A DNA stretch of 64,000 nucleotides. Origin: Octopus sinensis (lineage: Eukaryota). This document shows positions 1 to 16,849 of the stretch, one piece after another. Made by a program: the position numbers and the translations under genes. Position 1 is the first letter of the stretch. Each line of letters opens with the position of its first letter. The DNA lies in the NCBI RefSeq assembly GCF_006345805.1, contig NC_043014.1:21328001-21392000 (forward strand), in the 5' to 3' direction. The notes under the pieces were generated by a model. It saw nothing but the letters and a program-made list of their open reading frames with translations, had not been told where the DNA came from and ran no database searches.

Positions 1-2400
<2,400 letters not shown>

Positions 2401-2949
2401 ATTCACATGCACTTTGTGAAGTTACAGTTTTAAGTAACATAGTTTCATGTCCTCTCTCTTTGGCCATTACATTTCTCAGTCCGAACTGATGGAATAGATC
2501 TTCGTAGTCGATTTTAATCAGTTTAATACATACCAGTTCCAAACTTCTGATCCGTCTTGCATACGGACATGACATATTAAAAGAATATTAGAATGTTGTA
2601 AATTAACAGAAACAATTCAATAGGACTTTCATCTTACGAGTGTTCACACACGGACACACTGGACCATAAATGAACACGCAGATAAATATATGCACGTCAC
2701 AGACACACCTGAATATTAACTTGGCTGAATATTAACTTGGAAAGTTATTATATTTACTATAAATAATATTCACCAATTAACATACGCACATATGATTGCA
2801 TGTACACAAATAATTACACCGGGGAACAATACATACATACACTAAATGTATATATATAGGCAAAATCGAACACACATCCACATCCATACATATATAGATA
2901 TATACATACATGAGACATCTGTACATCATACATACATACATATATATTT

Positions 2950-3455
2950 TTTTACTTGTTTCAATCATTTGACTGTAGGTGTGCTAGAGCACCGCCTTAA
3001 AGGAGTTTAGTCGAAGAAATCAACCCCAGGACTTATTCTTTGTAAGCCTAGTACTTATTCTATCGGTCATTTTGCCGAACCGCTAGATACGGGGATGTAA
3101 ACACACCAGCATCGGTTGTCAAGAGATGGTTGGGGGACAAACACAGATATATACAATATATATATATAGATAGATAGATATATAGATAGATAGATAGATA
3201 CATACATACATACATACATACATACATACATACATACATACATACATACATACATACATACATACATACATACATAGACAGACAGATAAATACGACAGCC
3301 TTTCCTCAGTTTCCCTCTGCCAAATCCACTCACAAGGCTTCGGTCGGCCTGGGGCTATAGCAGATGACACTTTCCCAATGTGCCACGCAGTGGGACTGAG
3401 CCCGAAACAATGTTGTTAGGAAGCAAGCTTCTTACCACACAGCCACACCTGCGCC
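2950..3455 (-). mobile_element. tRNA-derived SINE, abundant family A, with internal microsatellite
   Basis: Minus-strand head GGCTGTGTGGTAAG...GGGCTCAGTCCC (A/B-box-like) and a body/tail (...gccgaaccgcta...gcaccgcctt) repeated many times in the window. Confidence 0.8.
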
Positions 3456-3484
3456 CATATATATGATTTTATGCAAAGTATTAA

Positions 3485-3658
3485 TGAGACGCTCAGAGAA
3501 GGAAAGAAAGAGTGGTTGGTTTATGTTTCGAACATAGCTCTCCTTCGGAAACAGTTGACATAGGAAAGTCCAAAAGAAAAGGAAGGAAAAAATCGACAAT
3601 GGTCCACGTGTAGTTACATTTTGGAATACATGTGTGTATATATGTGTGTGTGTGCGTG

Positions 3659-3710
<52 letters not shown>

Positions 3711-6340
3711 AAGAGAAAAGATGAAAAAACACAGATTTGTTTTACAGGGTTTAAGAGTATATTGGAGTCACGATAATAAAGATATACAATTTTGTACAAA
3801 ATAAGGTTTTGTTCTTTCAACATAATTCAAATAAGGACCAGTTTGGCATTGCTTCTCAAGCTAAGAGTTCAAAAATATATACTGCTGGGAGTAAAAAATA
3901 CATTGCCAGGGGAATACTTGTTCGCTCATTTATTTTGCAGTTAAGGGGGGTAAATCTGTAATCATTATTGTTTTTTTTTGTGTTCTCTATTTTATTCTGG
4001 CTTATATCTTACTTTACATGGGGTAAGTCCTTTATTTTTAATATAGGTTCATATTTAATTCTGGGTTATATTTTTAGATAAATGAGACTTTATTCAGTCT
4101 TACTTGGGTTGAGGTCCAGAAGGCAAGTTGATAAAATGGGAAAATTACGAATTGTGGTTGTAATCGTTCAGCACATTCGACTGAGGTATATTTGGCGATA
4201 TTATGGGGAGGAAATTCATTGTCTATGGACCGTACATCTCTTTCGGATCGAATTTCCTGTCGAACCAATATAGTTTTGTTGGCAGCCCGATCATCTGATT
4301 ATGGAAACGAGGTTCCTGGGAGGCGTAAGTGAATTGAGATTTGATTTTGAATACTTACCCTTGTCTGAAATGGAATTTCGATCATTCCAATTTTGCGTCC
4401 GTTGTTCTAGAGGATAGTTTGGCATTGGTGAGAATCTTCTTCAATGTCTCAGGTTGTTTGCTGCTCTTAATGATTTTATGGTTGCGTAGAATTTCCTTAA
4501 GTTTTCAGTCCTTATGAAGTATTGGAAGATTTTGAAAGATGATATTGAAAGATGATATTGTTTCTGGAGTTGTATGTGGAGATATAAGGTAGTGCTTTGA
4601 GAGTAGATGTGTTGTTGAGTTTGACTTTTTTTTAGTGTTTTAATATCAATCGATTTTGAACGCTTAATTATTTCATTTATAAGTTGAGTTGTGTAGTGCC
4701 TATCCTGGAGTAAATTTTTAAGCTTTTGCAATCTTAGTTCTCTAGTATTTTTTTCGGTTACTATGGTGCAAATCTTCCTTGCAAAGTTGAAGAGGATATT
4801 TGTTTTGATACGTCTCAGGCGACATGAACTAAATGATAGACATTGTTTAGCGTCTGTGGTTTTGTAAAAAAATGTTTCTATTTTTCTGTTTTAATCAGTA
4901 AGTCTAGGGGTGGGAGTTCCTCGTGGTCGTGTTCCATTGTGAATTGTATGTTGGTGTTAATGTTATTGAGAAGTTTCTTTATGTTTTCATTCCAGAGGAC
5001 GAAGCAGTCGTCCACAAATCTTCTCCAATTTTCTTTTATGGTATTGGGAAAGAGGGTTTCTAAATTTTGAAAAAGACACGTAATTTATTGTTATTTCTAA
5101 ATAGCCCATTGTTAGATTGGCTATGCTTGGTGCTGCCCTGGTTCCCATTGCAATTCCAGATTTTTGGCGATAAACAATGGTGTCAAACATGAAATGGTTG
5201 TTTTGGAGGATGAATTTAATTGATTCAGTTATGAAGTCTTGTTGATCCGTTATGGTATTTCTGGATATTTGTCCAGCCAGAAACGGATTGCTTCTATTCC
5301 ATAACTATGAGGTATGTTGGTGTATAAATTAATCACATTGAATGATACTATGATTGTTTCCTCCTCGACCCTTTCTGGAAGGTGATTTAACATATCCAAG
5401 TTATCTCTAATATGACTCTTGATATATTTTAGAAATGGTTTCAGGAGAATGTCCATGAAGCAACTTAATCGATGTGTTTCACAGGATGGTCCAGCTACAA
5501 TGAGCCGTAATTTTAGGACTCCTGGTGCTGGTGTATGTATGTATGTATGTATGTATGTATGTATGTATGTATGTATGTATGTATGTATGCCTTTGGAGAA
5601 TTTTTTGATGGCTTCGTTTATAGTTTGGCTTTTGTGAATTTTAGGTAGACCATAGAATAGGCTGGGTTTACATCTAAAGTTTGTCAAATAGTCTATTTCT
5701 TTTTTGTTAGGTCTTTTCCGTGGGTTTGGATTGTTGAAAAGAGGTTTTCCGTTATTTTTTGGCGGGTGTAATTATTGACTTTTTCGTAGTGTTCATCATT
5801 ATTAAGTATGGATACTACTAAATTTTTGTACTAAAATGTGTCCATTACCACTATTGCACTTTCTTTGTCCGCTTCATTGATTGTTATTTATTCATTGTTT
5901 TGTAGTTTAGTTAGTTCTTTCCGTTGGGTGGTGCCGAAATTTGAAGTAATTTTTTTTGTTTGTGCGGGGAGTGGTAGGAGAAATTTTGTGTGTTGATATG
6001 AAGCATGTGCGTAAGTGATGTTGTCTTGGATTGTTTTGCGTATATTGGTATCTGGGAGTTCTTTGGCTGGTATTTTGTGTGTTCCAAAATGTGTTCCGTT
6101 TTCCTTGTTCTGGGGTTGGAAAAAGTTGGTTGTTGCTGTGTTGGTATGACCTGTCCGTGTAGAAGTAGGGATTTGGGTTGGACGGATAGTGATGCTGAAC
6201 TCTTGGATTGTTTTGTGTTTGGACATCGGTGTCTTCATCGTTCTCGGAAAGGGGGCAAAGTTCCTGAATGCGTTGTGGCCTCGTCCGAAACCTTTCGCTT
6301 GTGGAGTGGGCCATTAGTTCTGGGATATGAGGTGGCACCA
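3485..6340 (-). mobile_element. Decayed Penelope-like retroelement (RT + GIY-YIG endonuclease) with 3' terminal repeat
   Basis: Minus-strand peptides FYGLPKIHKS, IVSFNVINLYTNIPH, YRQKSGIAMGTRAAPSIANL (PLE RT). Around 4230-4320 NLVSIIR*SGCQQNYIGSTGNSIRKRCTVHRQ (GIY-YIG). Many frameshifts, a (TATG)n insertion at about 5533-5590, and a pLTR-like tail at 3485-3615. Confidence 0.9.
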
Positions 6341-6519
6341 GAATGTGGCTGATGATTTCTGTTCATCGTGCATGTACGATAATACGCGTGAAAGCGTTAC
6401 ATTTATATTCCCTGTACCTCACGTCATGGACGCTTATCTCTCTCTCTCTCTCTCTCTCTCTTTTCACTTCATCTTTTCTTCTCCCTCTTTTCTTTCTTCC
6501 TCTTTTTCTCTAATCATGT

Positions 6520-7421
6520 GAAAGCGTTACCGACGGGCTAGGTAACTGAAGAATTTGAGATTAATTGTTGAATTTATAGTTGGTGTCTATCTTCCCAACT
6601 GGTTTGATATTAAGCTAAATCTAAAATGGGTTGATGGTCCCAGTCACCTTTTCTTTCACTTGCAGCTTGTAAGAACACAAAATAAGTTGGTGAAGGATAT
6701 CGTGCTACCTGTGGTGAGGTATGGTATGCTCGATCAGAAGCAGTGTTGCAAGCAATGCTTTCCAGCCACCGTTCAAATCTTTGAACTGAAGCTATAGAAA
6801 CCATTCTTAGAGGTACATCACTTGAAGATGACCAGTTGAGAGACTGCTCATTTAGTCAAAGAAAAGTTGCCCAATTAAATGCCAATGCCACCAAGCTGTC
6901 TGGGTTGGTTGATTTGAGTTCTGGGGCCTTGGAACAACTATTGACAACATCCTTAACTAGTAAGAATCTCAAAAGCTTTAAAGATACACCAATGATAATA
7001 CCAAAATGGCCATCACACACAAAGTGTTGAGATGTGTGTTAAAATGGCCACTGAAGCTGCGAGTCATGTTTACAGTTACGAGAAGCGAGACGATTACATC
7101 AAAGCACAAGCAGTCAGTCGGCAACAAATGAAAAGAAACAGCAGAAAGGAGGATGTGAAGACTTTGATTATTTTCGAATAGTATATTGGAATGTATTATA
7201 CTTTATATGAAACTTGAAACAGAAAGATGCTGGTGAAAACCAATTATGTTCAAAATTCTCAAAACATAAATTTCGAACTCAAATTGATGTAGTTAAGAAT
7301 TATTTAAAATTATTTTACTTTCCAGAATTTTGTGTTATATGCTAAAAGGCAACAATAAATTACTACCAAAATTGAAGATTATGAATTTTCCTATTTACTC
7401 CCCAAAATTGACACACCCTGC
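6520..7421 (+). mobile_element. hAT/hATm-like DNA transposon 3' fragment
   Basis: Fragments FIVGVYLPNWFDIK...DGPSHL and PKWPSHTKC-VEMCVKMATEAASHV...RDDYI. Ends in ...gacacaccctg (CAGGGTG-type terminus on the minus strand). Confidence 0.6.
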
Positions 7422-7444
7422 TTTGGTACGCACCCTCCTCTTTA

Positions 7445-7640
7445 AATGTGAGGGGCCCACTTAAGCAAATTTTTGCCATCGTTAAATCCAATTCCCAAAC
7501 ACAGCATAAGTACAACTCAATTTTAAACTTTTCCACACTTAAATTATCCTATTCAGCTATATCTAATATCGAATCAATTATAGCTGCATCTAATAGACGC
7601 AAATCTAATAGATATAACTCACAGACCATGACTATGAATA
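7445..7640 (+). mobile_element. Penelope-like element fragment (RT-EN linker region)
   Basis: KYNSILNFSTLKLSYSAISNIESIIAASNRR resembles the PLE 'FN..T.K.SYS...N....I..HN' motif. Confidence 0.55.
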
Positions 7641-7959
7641 CTACTACAAGTGCGGCTGTATATATATATATATTATCGATCCCGGAAGGATGAAAGGCGA
7701 AGTCGACCTCAGTGAAATTTGAACTCAAGACGTAAATGATTTTGCCAGCTTACGGCTTTAATAAGAAGAATAACAACAACAACAATAGTACTAGTTACAA
7801 TAATAGTGATTACACTACCAGCCTTGGCAACCACGCAGGATTAATCAACTTTCAAGGGACTGGAACATCTCCGTTCTCAATCACCAATACTTCTAATACA
7901 GCCAATCTTTATAATAATGGCACAGATAACGCTGACAATACTATAGAATATAGCCTTCG

Positions 7960-10560
7960 CCTGTGTTTCTTGCCTTGACGTAGGTTCATCCGGAACTCTT
8001 GACACGAAATCCAGTTTAGCTTTGAAAACACCTACATCCACGCCATTCAGGTCTCTCTGGCTTTGTGGAAAATCATTGAAGAGCTGTGGGCCATTGAAAT
8101 CCAAACTGCTGCAGTATCTCGCCTTACATCCCGATGGCAATGTTGGGATTTTTTGGTACTATGCAGTGACTATGCCCCGTCCCGCTGTTTGTGTAACTGA
8201 CAATGCCAAACTTTCGTCCATGTTCTTCTAGGATTTTCCAGATGTATATTACTGCATATCTTTCCCGCCTTCGTTCTAGGGAGTGGAGTCTTAACTCTCA
8301 GTTTATCCCAGTAGCTGATATGTCGCATTGAGCCGATCTTTCGCTGGATCGCATCGAGTTGGGAGCAGTAATCCAGATGGTTGAGGACGAAAGTCCTCAA
8401 GAGGACCATTATGGTTCGCTTTTCCCTCATTCTGAAAGTTCGAAGGATCCCCATCCGGTCAAACGTTTGCATTTTATTGCCAACTTGACAATATGCACCC
8501 GGAAATATGCCTCATTACTCATGTCGATGTCCAGGACACGTACTGATTTTTATTCAGAGATTGCAATTCCTCCTGGACCAGTGTATCCTATTTGCTTTTC
8601 ATAGAGCTTCATGTGTTGGTAGCGTAGGACTTTGAATTTTCCAACATTAAACTGCATGTTATTTTCCTCGGCCTACTTGTATATTGCATTCAATTCACGT
8701 TGCAGATGCGCAACATCTCCAGAATTCTGTATCCTCTGAGAGACTTTTGTATCGTCTGCTTAGCTAGCAAGGGTGGCTACTTGAGCAGCTGAGGGCACGT
8801 CAGAGAGGGCCACTATGAATAGCAGTGACTCCCAAGACATTTCCTTGTAGAACACCACTCATTATCTGTGTTTCCTTGGAGGTGGCCCTGTTGGCCACAA
8901 CTACCTGATTTCTATCGCTTAGAAAGTCATGTAGCCATTCTCCAAGTTTCCCAACTATGCCAAGATTACGCAGCTTGTGACATATCATGCCATGGTCGAC
9001 TTTGTATATCACATCCACTATTCGTTCTATGACTTTGCTGATGTGGGAGGTCAGAGAGATAGGCCTATAGTCTTTAGCATCTGCTCTGCTTCCTCCATTA
9101 TGAGTAGGCATATTATTCCTTTAGTTTGTCCGGAAGCTTACCATTTGCAAGGAAGCTCTGAAAAAGAAGCCGCAGTGGTTTTGCAAGGACTCGTTTGCAT
9201 GACTTGAGAAGGATTACCGGGAATTTATCGGGGCCAGCAGCCGAATTTGTATCTATTACCAGTATTACATCCTCTTTTTCGATGTTGATGTAATCAATTG
9301 TTACTGCCTCCCGTTCAGCTTCTGTAATGGTAAAGAACTGTACAGGTTTGCTAACTTGCACGCGCCCTGGAGACACTTTTGAATTGTTCGTTTAGTGTTT
9401 CACTTATCGTCATTGCGTTTCCCGTGAGGGAACTATCTTTTTGGAGGAGGGGTGGTCCTACACCGCAATGCACAGAGGCAGACTCCTTGGCGTACCTAAG
9501 GAAGGCTTTAGGGTCTGGTTTTATATTTCTTATGACTCAGGCTTCTTTGTCTGCTCTTTCCTTCTCGTGGGAGAGCTTCAGATGTTTCTCAGTCTCCACC
9601 AGTGCTGTTTCCAGGTGGGATTTCTCACTGCCGTTGAGTTCTCTGTTGAGGCGGTTTTCAATCTTTGTACACCGTCTCAAGAGCATTTCTTCCCCTGGGA
9701 ATCTTGTTTTCATGAGCGGTGGACCTTCTCTCTGGAACAAAATTTTACCTTATGGCTTGCATTATGGACCTGACAGTTTTCAATTTCATACCAACATCAG
9801 TTGTAAAGAGACATAGCTATCAGTCCTGTTTGGGGATCTTTTTCTCAATTGATTTCTAGTCTGCTTTGTGGCAGTTCAGTTTGGATATGCTTTGGGTGCT
9901 TCTCGTATCGGTTGCTTTGATCCATACATGGTCAACTCCATTATGTTGTGATCTGAGACAAGCGTCGGTGTCACTTTCACATTGTGGATGAGAACCACAT
10001 TGTTTGTGAAGCAGAGATCAAGTATATTGTTTGCCCTGGTTGGCTGGAGTAGTTTTTGCTCTATGTATAACTTGGTCGGATTTAGCAAGGATTCCACCTG
10101 ACTTTGCTCACATCGCGTCATTCCTGAGAGAAAAAGCCTTCAGGCAATTCTACATTGGGGAAGTTGAAATCTCCCATGAGAAGTACACTGATGTGCTCTT
10201 CTATTTTGGTTAAAACCTCTTCTTTTCTTGCAAGGCAATCTCCGAATAGGCGCGTATGATTTAGGGCATCTGGTGGGCGGTATCTAGTACGAATAACTAT
10301 GTCGAGTTGTCTTATATGCACAATTAGTGTGTCACACACTGAATTTGGGTGTGAGAAAAGGATCTATGGCATGAGGTCTTCACGGATGTACATTGCAACT
10401 CGACCATGGCTCGTGTCTTTTCTATCGCTTCGCAATACAGCATATGTTGGTATGCGTATTTCTGCATCTGTGGTATCGAGTTTTAGGTGAAATCGTTTCA
10501 GTGAGTGCTATGCATAAGGCTTGATTGCATGCCACAAGGTTTCTGACGATGGTAATTTTA
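7960..10560 (-). mobile_element. Decayed CR1/L2-group LINE ORF2 (APE endonuclease + RT)
   Basis: YRPPD, LLMGDFNFP, PTRANNILDLCFTN, SDHN (APE). AAGPDKFP, YRPISLTSHISKVIERIV, SGVLQG, and AS*ADDT (YADD with a stop, ~8750). LDYCSQL and C-terminal GPQLFNDFP. Confidence 0.9.
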
Positions 10561-10699
10561 GTTCCGTTTCTGAGTTCTGTATATATATAGTTAATCCAAA
10601 CATAAAAACACAAAGAGAAAACACAACAACGCGAGGACGTGGAACAAATATAGTATTATTGGGCGCTCAGGAAGGAAAAGAATATATATATATATCTCT

Positions 10700-10921
10700 T
10701 TCTCTTTCTCTTTTACTTGTTGCAGTCATTTGACTGCGGCCATGCTGGAGCACCGCCTTTAATCGACCAACTCGACCCCGGGACTTATTCTTTTGTAAGC
10801 CCAGTACTTATTCTATTGGTCTCTTTTGCCGAACCGCTAAGTAACGGGGACATAAACACTCCAGCATCGGTTGTCAAGCAATACTAGGGGGACAAACACA
10901 GACACACAAACACACACACTT

Positions 10922-11017
<96 letters not shown>

Positions 11018-11178
11018 TACGACGGGCTTCTTTCCGTCTACCAAATCCACTCACAAGGCTTTGGTCGGCCCGAGGCTATAGTAGAAGACACTTGCCCAAG
11101 GTGCCATGCAGAGGGACTGAACCCGGAACCATGTGGTTGGTAAACAAGCTACTTACCACACAGCCACTCCTGCGCCTA
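10700..11178 (-). mobile_element. tRNA-derived SINE family A, near full length, internal (TA)n
   Basis: Head GCGCAGGAGTGGCTGTGTGGTAAG...GGTTCAGTCCC on the minus strand; same body and tail as 2950-3455. Confidence 0.85.
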
Positions 11179-13664
11179 TATATATATATATATAATATTG
11201 TTTTTGTATATGTTTTCCAAAATTCTGCGTGTTGACACAAATATTGTTTTAAATTAGGAAGGTCATTAAGCCAAAAACAGACTGCGTTGGTGGTGTTCAC
11301 TTCTTATTGCTTAATTCATTAAATTAATTCATTATAATATATTGAACTACAGCAAGGAATGTGTTATTATTGCCAGAATGACTCTCGTAAAGTAAATATA
11401 CACATACAAACATACATATACATACATACATACATACATACATACATACATACATACATACATACATACATACATACATACATACATACATACATCATAC
11501 ATGTATAAATATATATGCATATATATATATACACACACATGCATACAAATATATATACGTATGTATATATTTGTATGTATGCATGTATGTATGTATGTAT
11601 GTATGTATTATGTATGCATGTATGTATGTATGTATGTATGTATGTATAACCTCTTGTGTGTGTGTTTGGGGGGCATACATATTAAGTACATGAGTAAACA
11701 GCCACCATCGTGTAAATAAAGACTGGATCTCTTATATTACCTGTGTCACATACTAACAATAAAATCTGATAATATTGAATAGTTTTCTTTAAGCGCCATA
11801 TTTTAACACACACACACATACACAAACAAACAAACACACACACTCTTTCTCCCTCTATCTGTCTATCTGGCTATCCATCTATCTCTATCTCACTTTCTAT
11901 TTCTCTCGATCTCTGGCCCTCTGTTACTTTCTCTCTTTGGGGAGTCAACTGATCAACCATTGAACATAACCTCTTGTATTTAATTTCCCGTTATCAAAAT
12001 CTCTTATCTCAAGAGTGTGACTAGAGTAAAGGGATTGATTGCACGTTTGTCTGTGAAACTATTATTTTTCTAGAAAACTTTAGGCTGGCATTTAATCAAT
12101 GCCACTTCGCTATTCTTCCTATTCGTCTCATACACATATTTCACATCATATCTTTATAAAATTCACAGCTATTTAGTCAGAGCAAATGACTCGTGTCTAG
12201 AAATGAAAAATAACGATAATAATAACTAGGAAGTGTCACAAATTTAAAGAAAGGAGATAAGTGTTTCTACTGCTACTATATTTGTTTGGTTTCAGAAGGT
12301 TGAAAAGGTATTTGCTACATTTGTTTACTCTTTGTGTTCTCATTCTCACAAGAATGGCTTGTTTTCAACAACACAGGTGGTACTAACACTTCTTTCGCTA
12401 GAATTGCTAGCTATAGAGAGGAGAGAACAAGAACAGTGGAAATATGGGATCAAGAAAAGCACCTTTTTCTTTTAGGTCATTATTAAAGTGCGAACAAAGA
12501 GGAAGGCCACATATCTTTACATCTCTAAAATTAACACGGGGTGCTTTCCGTGATCTCTTAGAGCAACAACTGAAGGTAACCTTAGCTGATATGTAGATCC
12601 TCCATCGGCCTGGTGGTCGGCTCCGAGCTCTGAAAAACGAATGGATTTCTTATGCTATGCTCCAATCTGTATTTAATGGTGCACCTGGGATTTTCTGGAA
12701 GCAACTATTTCTGGGATCTTCAGTTGCTGGCGCTTTGTCCACTTTCTCTCTTTCTCTGCCTCCAAGCTCTTCAGGGAAGAAAAGCTCTCAAAGGGATCAT
12801 ACAATCACACGTGTAGCAGCTGGGATTTCTAAGGAATTATATGACCATACCGGACCCTTCAGACCACATGTCGTTTCTGGTCACTTCAGCGCTCAGGCCC
12901 AGCATGTACTCTACCACAAAGTGATAATGAGGTAAAGGTCAACGTCAAAGACAATATCCTTCACCCTGACCCTCGTGTTGCATCATTCTAGGTATTACAT
13001 CACGAGCTTGTAAACTGACAGATGATAGAGCAGCTCGCCTTTCTTTCTCATCTCATCCTTTGTTTTAAACAAACAACGGTCCCATAAGCCCTACCCCGAT
13101 CAATAAAGAAATATCTCTCAACATATCAAGAAAGGTTTGGTCGTTCATGGACACTCTTTTCTCTATGGCAAGCGTTGCTAACCAAAGAGAGGAGTAAACA
13201 TGAGAGAGTGCATTGGTATTATTGATGTTTTCGGTGGTGGTAATAGTGTGTTGTATCTTTAAAATAGTTCAAATTAATGGTTTTAACTAAAAATATCATT
13301 GTTCTTTTGTGTAAAAGTTTGTTGGTCTTATGGTGAAATTGAATTTGCATTGTTATTATTTTTTGTTTTGTCTATTTTCCGCGTTTATTTTGTCTTTTAA
13401 AATAAAGAGGATTCTGTGACAGGAGGCTATTTTGTTATACGAAATGTAAATACGAAATGAAAAACAATTAGATCCAAAAATAATACTTATTTACGTCTCT
13501 CCTGTTAGACGTCGAATGCGTTCCAGAAGGTTCCTTATTGAAAATTACAAAAAAAGTAATCATTTTCTTACAGTTACACTGTGTAAGAAACAAATCCAAA
13601 CCCCCAAGAGCTCGAAATAATGTTTCTATCAAAGGTAACTATTATTATTTATTATTATTATTAT

Positions 13665-15850
13665 TCTATGTTTGACTTTTGTACAAGTTGGCTCCAAGTC
13701 TCACCCAGAGACCTCAAGAGACAACAAGTTGGAAGTTCATGTTGGTGTTAAGACTAGGGTGCCATACTTTGGTTTTGTACTTAGTGTTGTACTAGTGAAT
13801 GTCTAAAAAACCATACGAAAATTGTTTGTTTTAAAACTTGAGATTACATAGAAAGTATTTTGCGTAGGATATGAGCAGTTCCCATGAACACTATCTTTTG
13901 AATTTCTGCCATTTTGGGGTTTCCTGGTATCTGAGTTAGGTAGCAATCAGCCCCTTTTGCTATCATTCCCAGGGCACCAATGACAACAGGTATTGTTTTA
14001 GTTTTCAGGTTCCACATTTTGCTTATTTCTATTTCAAGATCTTTATATTTGCTCATTTTCTGGTAGGTCTTGACAGATACGTTTATATCGATTAGGACAG
14101 TCATATCAATGAGGAGACATGTTTTTTGTCTGAAGTCTTTCAATCTGCTGTCTGGCCTATTCGCATCTATCTTTCTGTCAGTTTGAATGGTGAAGTTCCA
14201 GAGGAGTGAGATGTGGTCATTTTCAAGCACTGGATGTGGTTTGTGTTCCCACCAGTTTTTATCATGGGGCATGTCCAGACTTTTGCAAATTACCCAGTGC
14301 CTGTTGAGATACTCTGTAGGCGCAAGAAGACTGCACTTGGAGACAACATGATCAATGGTTTCATTTTGTTGTTGACATACACGACACGTTGGGCTACTGC
14401 CGTTCTTTAATATGTTGGCCTGGTAGTTCCTTGTAGGTAGGCATTGATCTTGAGCTGCTATAATAAACCCTTCTGTTTCAGATTTTAAGCCAGAGGCCAT
14501 TAGCCATTGATGGGTCAGGGCTTTGTCAACATCTGCATTATTCGTTATCTTTGGGTATTTGCCATTGAGAGGTTTTTCTTGCCATTTATCAATCAGAATA
14601 TCTAAGGTAGCAATTTTAGCACGGGTTTTCATGCGCTCAGCTTTTTCTGTGCTTGTTTCTTGTATGTCTAATTCCGAAATTTGCTGTATTCAGAATTCAC
14701 TTAGATATTCCTTTGCCTGTTTTGTTACTGAGTATGATGCTTTCTTGTTTTCATGGTTTGAGACAAGTTTTAACATCCAGTCCTCAGAGGTTTTTCAGGT
14801 AGGTGTCTAGGCCAGTTGTAGCAATCTTCATTGTTATTGCCAGTTGTAAAAGTCCACGGCCTCCCTCTTTTCTTGGCAGATAAAGTCGTTCTATATCTGC
14901 CTTAGGGTGGTGCATTCTATGCAATGTCAACAGTTTTCGTATTTTTCTGTCAAGCTTACATATATCAGTAATTGATCACTTAATGATATTGAAACTGTAA
15001 GTCACGACTGGTATGGCTAAAGCATTGATCGCTTCGATCCTGTTTCTCGCATTCAGCTCTGTCTTGAGTATTGCTCTTACTCTGCGATAACATTCTCTCC
15101 TGATACTTTCCTTCATCACTGAATGCTTTATTCCTTCCCCTTCAATTACCCCTAGGTACTTGTAGCTCTCCGCTGGGTCTAACTCTTTTATGACATTCTG
15201 GTGGGCAAGATGTTTCTGTCATTTTTCCTTTGATAAAGGTAGCTTTTGCACATTTATCGGCCAAATTGCATTCTGATGTCATCACTGAATTGTTTAACAA
15301 TCGCTAGTAAGCCCTTGAGTTGTTGGTCATTTTTTGCAAAGAATTTTAAATCATCCATGTAAATGAGATGATTTATATTTTTATCAAACATTTTATATCC
15401 GTACTGTGCGTCATTGAGCAATTTTGAGAGAGGTATTAAGGCTAAACAAAAGAGGAGTGGTAATAGTGAGTCACCCTGGAAAATGCCACACGAAATTTTT
15501 TAGAGATCCAGTGTCACTGTTCAAAGTCAGTGTGGTTCTCCATGATCTCATACTTACAGACAAAAAGTTTCGCAGAGTAGGCGCTATTTTATACATTTCC
15601 AGGCATTTCTTAATCCAGCTATGTGGAAGGCTATCAAAAGCCTTTTTATAGTCTATCCAGGCTATTGACAAGTTTTTGTGTCGTTAGTGACAATCTTCTA
15701 AGATCATCTTATTGATGAGTAGCTGATCTTTACAACCATAGGATCCACGTTTACATCCTTTCTGTTCATTAGGGAATATGCTGCTGTCTATTAAAAAACT
15801 ATCGGTATATTCCGTCAGGACAGATGTTAGCGTTTTATACATAGTTGTTA
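13665..15850 (-). mobile_element. 5'-truncated R4/Dong-clade non-LTR retrotransposon (RT + CCHC + restriction-like endonuclease)
   Basis: WIDYKKAFDSLPHSWI, HLIYMDDLK, RLYLPRKEGGRGL, SETEGFIIAAQDQ, CRVC...ETIDHVVSKC, NRPD, KYKDL, PVVIGALG, GTAHILRK (ORF 13844-14632). Flanked on both sides by (TTA)n. Confidence 0.9.
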
Positions 15851-15856
15851 AGTAGG

Positions 15857-15915
<59 letters not shown>

Positions 15916-15919
15916 TATT

Positions 15920-15963
<44 letters not shown>

Positions 15964-16059
15964 TATTATTATTGTTGTTGTTGTTGTTGTTGTTGTTATT
16001 GTTATTTTGCAGAATCGTTAGCACGCCGGGCAAAATGCCTAGCGGAGTATTTCGTACTT

Positions 16060-16368
16060 AAGAGGGTTGTATTTATTCATTTTTTCAACTCCCTTCTTGA
16101 CTATTCGTGGGTCAATGGGACATGCAACATCAACTATATAGCATATGTGGTGCACCTTGTGCACCACCACTAGATCCGGTCTGTTATGCTATAGCACCTG
16201 ATCTGTTTGAATTGGGAAATCATAGAGGATTTTACTAGTCTCCGACTCTATCACTCTCTGTGGTTTGTGTTCTTGTCTCTCTTTAGCCTCACTTTTCGCA
16301 CAGCTTCCAAGTTAGCACTTTCGCTACCTGATCGTGTGGCCACAACTTTTGGGCAAGTCTAGGGCATT
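16060..16368 (-). mobile_element. R4/Dong REL-endonuclease fragment
   Basis: Minus-strand HKPQRVIESETSKILYDF and DLVVVHKVHHICYIVDVACPIDPRIVKKGVEKMNKY. Confidence 0.7.
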
Positions 16369-16422
16369 CTTATTATTATTATCAGTAGTAGTAATAGTAG
16401 TAGTAGTAGTAGTAGTAGTAGT

Positions 16423-16497
<75 letters not shown>

Positions 16498-16574
16498 GGT
16501 GGTGGTGGTGGTGGTGGTGGTGGTGGTGGTGGTGGTGGTGGTGTGGTGGTGGTGGTGTATTATCATCATCAAGA

Positions 16575-16790
16575 AGGTGGCGAGCTGGCAGAATCATTAG
16601 CACACTGGGCAAAATGCTTAGCGGTATTTCGTCTGCCTTTACATTCTGAGTTCAAGTTCCGCGAAGGTCAATTTTACCTTTCATCCTTTCGGAGCCCATA
16701 AAATAAGTACCAGCTGAACACTGGGGCCGATGTCATCGACTTATCCCTTCCCCTGAACTTGCTGGCTTTGTGCTAAAATTCGAAATCATT
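16575..16790 (+). mobile_element. SINE family B (GGCGAGCTGGCAGAATC head)
   Basis: Pol III-like head and body. Related copies at ~7675-7760(-), 16008-16055(+), 28155-28260(+), 31545-31670(-), 34580-34790(-). Confidence 0.75.
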
Positions 16791-16849
16791 ATTATAATTA
16801 TTACTGGTTTTTACTTTTAATCTGCATGCTTGATGCAATCACTTGCCGA

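Noticed and set aside
2709-2740. 16-bp direct tandem duplication CTGAATATTAACTTGG
   Set aside because: A single small duplication with no further structure
12540-13180. Complex sequence with a 92-aa ORF, possible gag/ORF1 relic
   Set aside because: No recognisable motif; cannot be assigned without a database search
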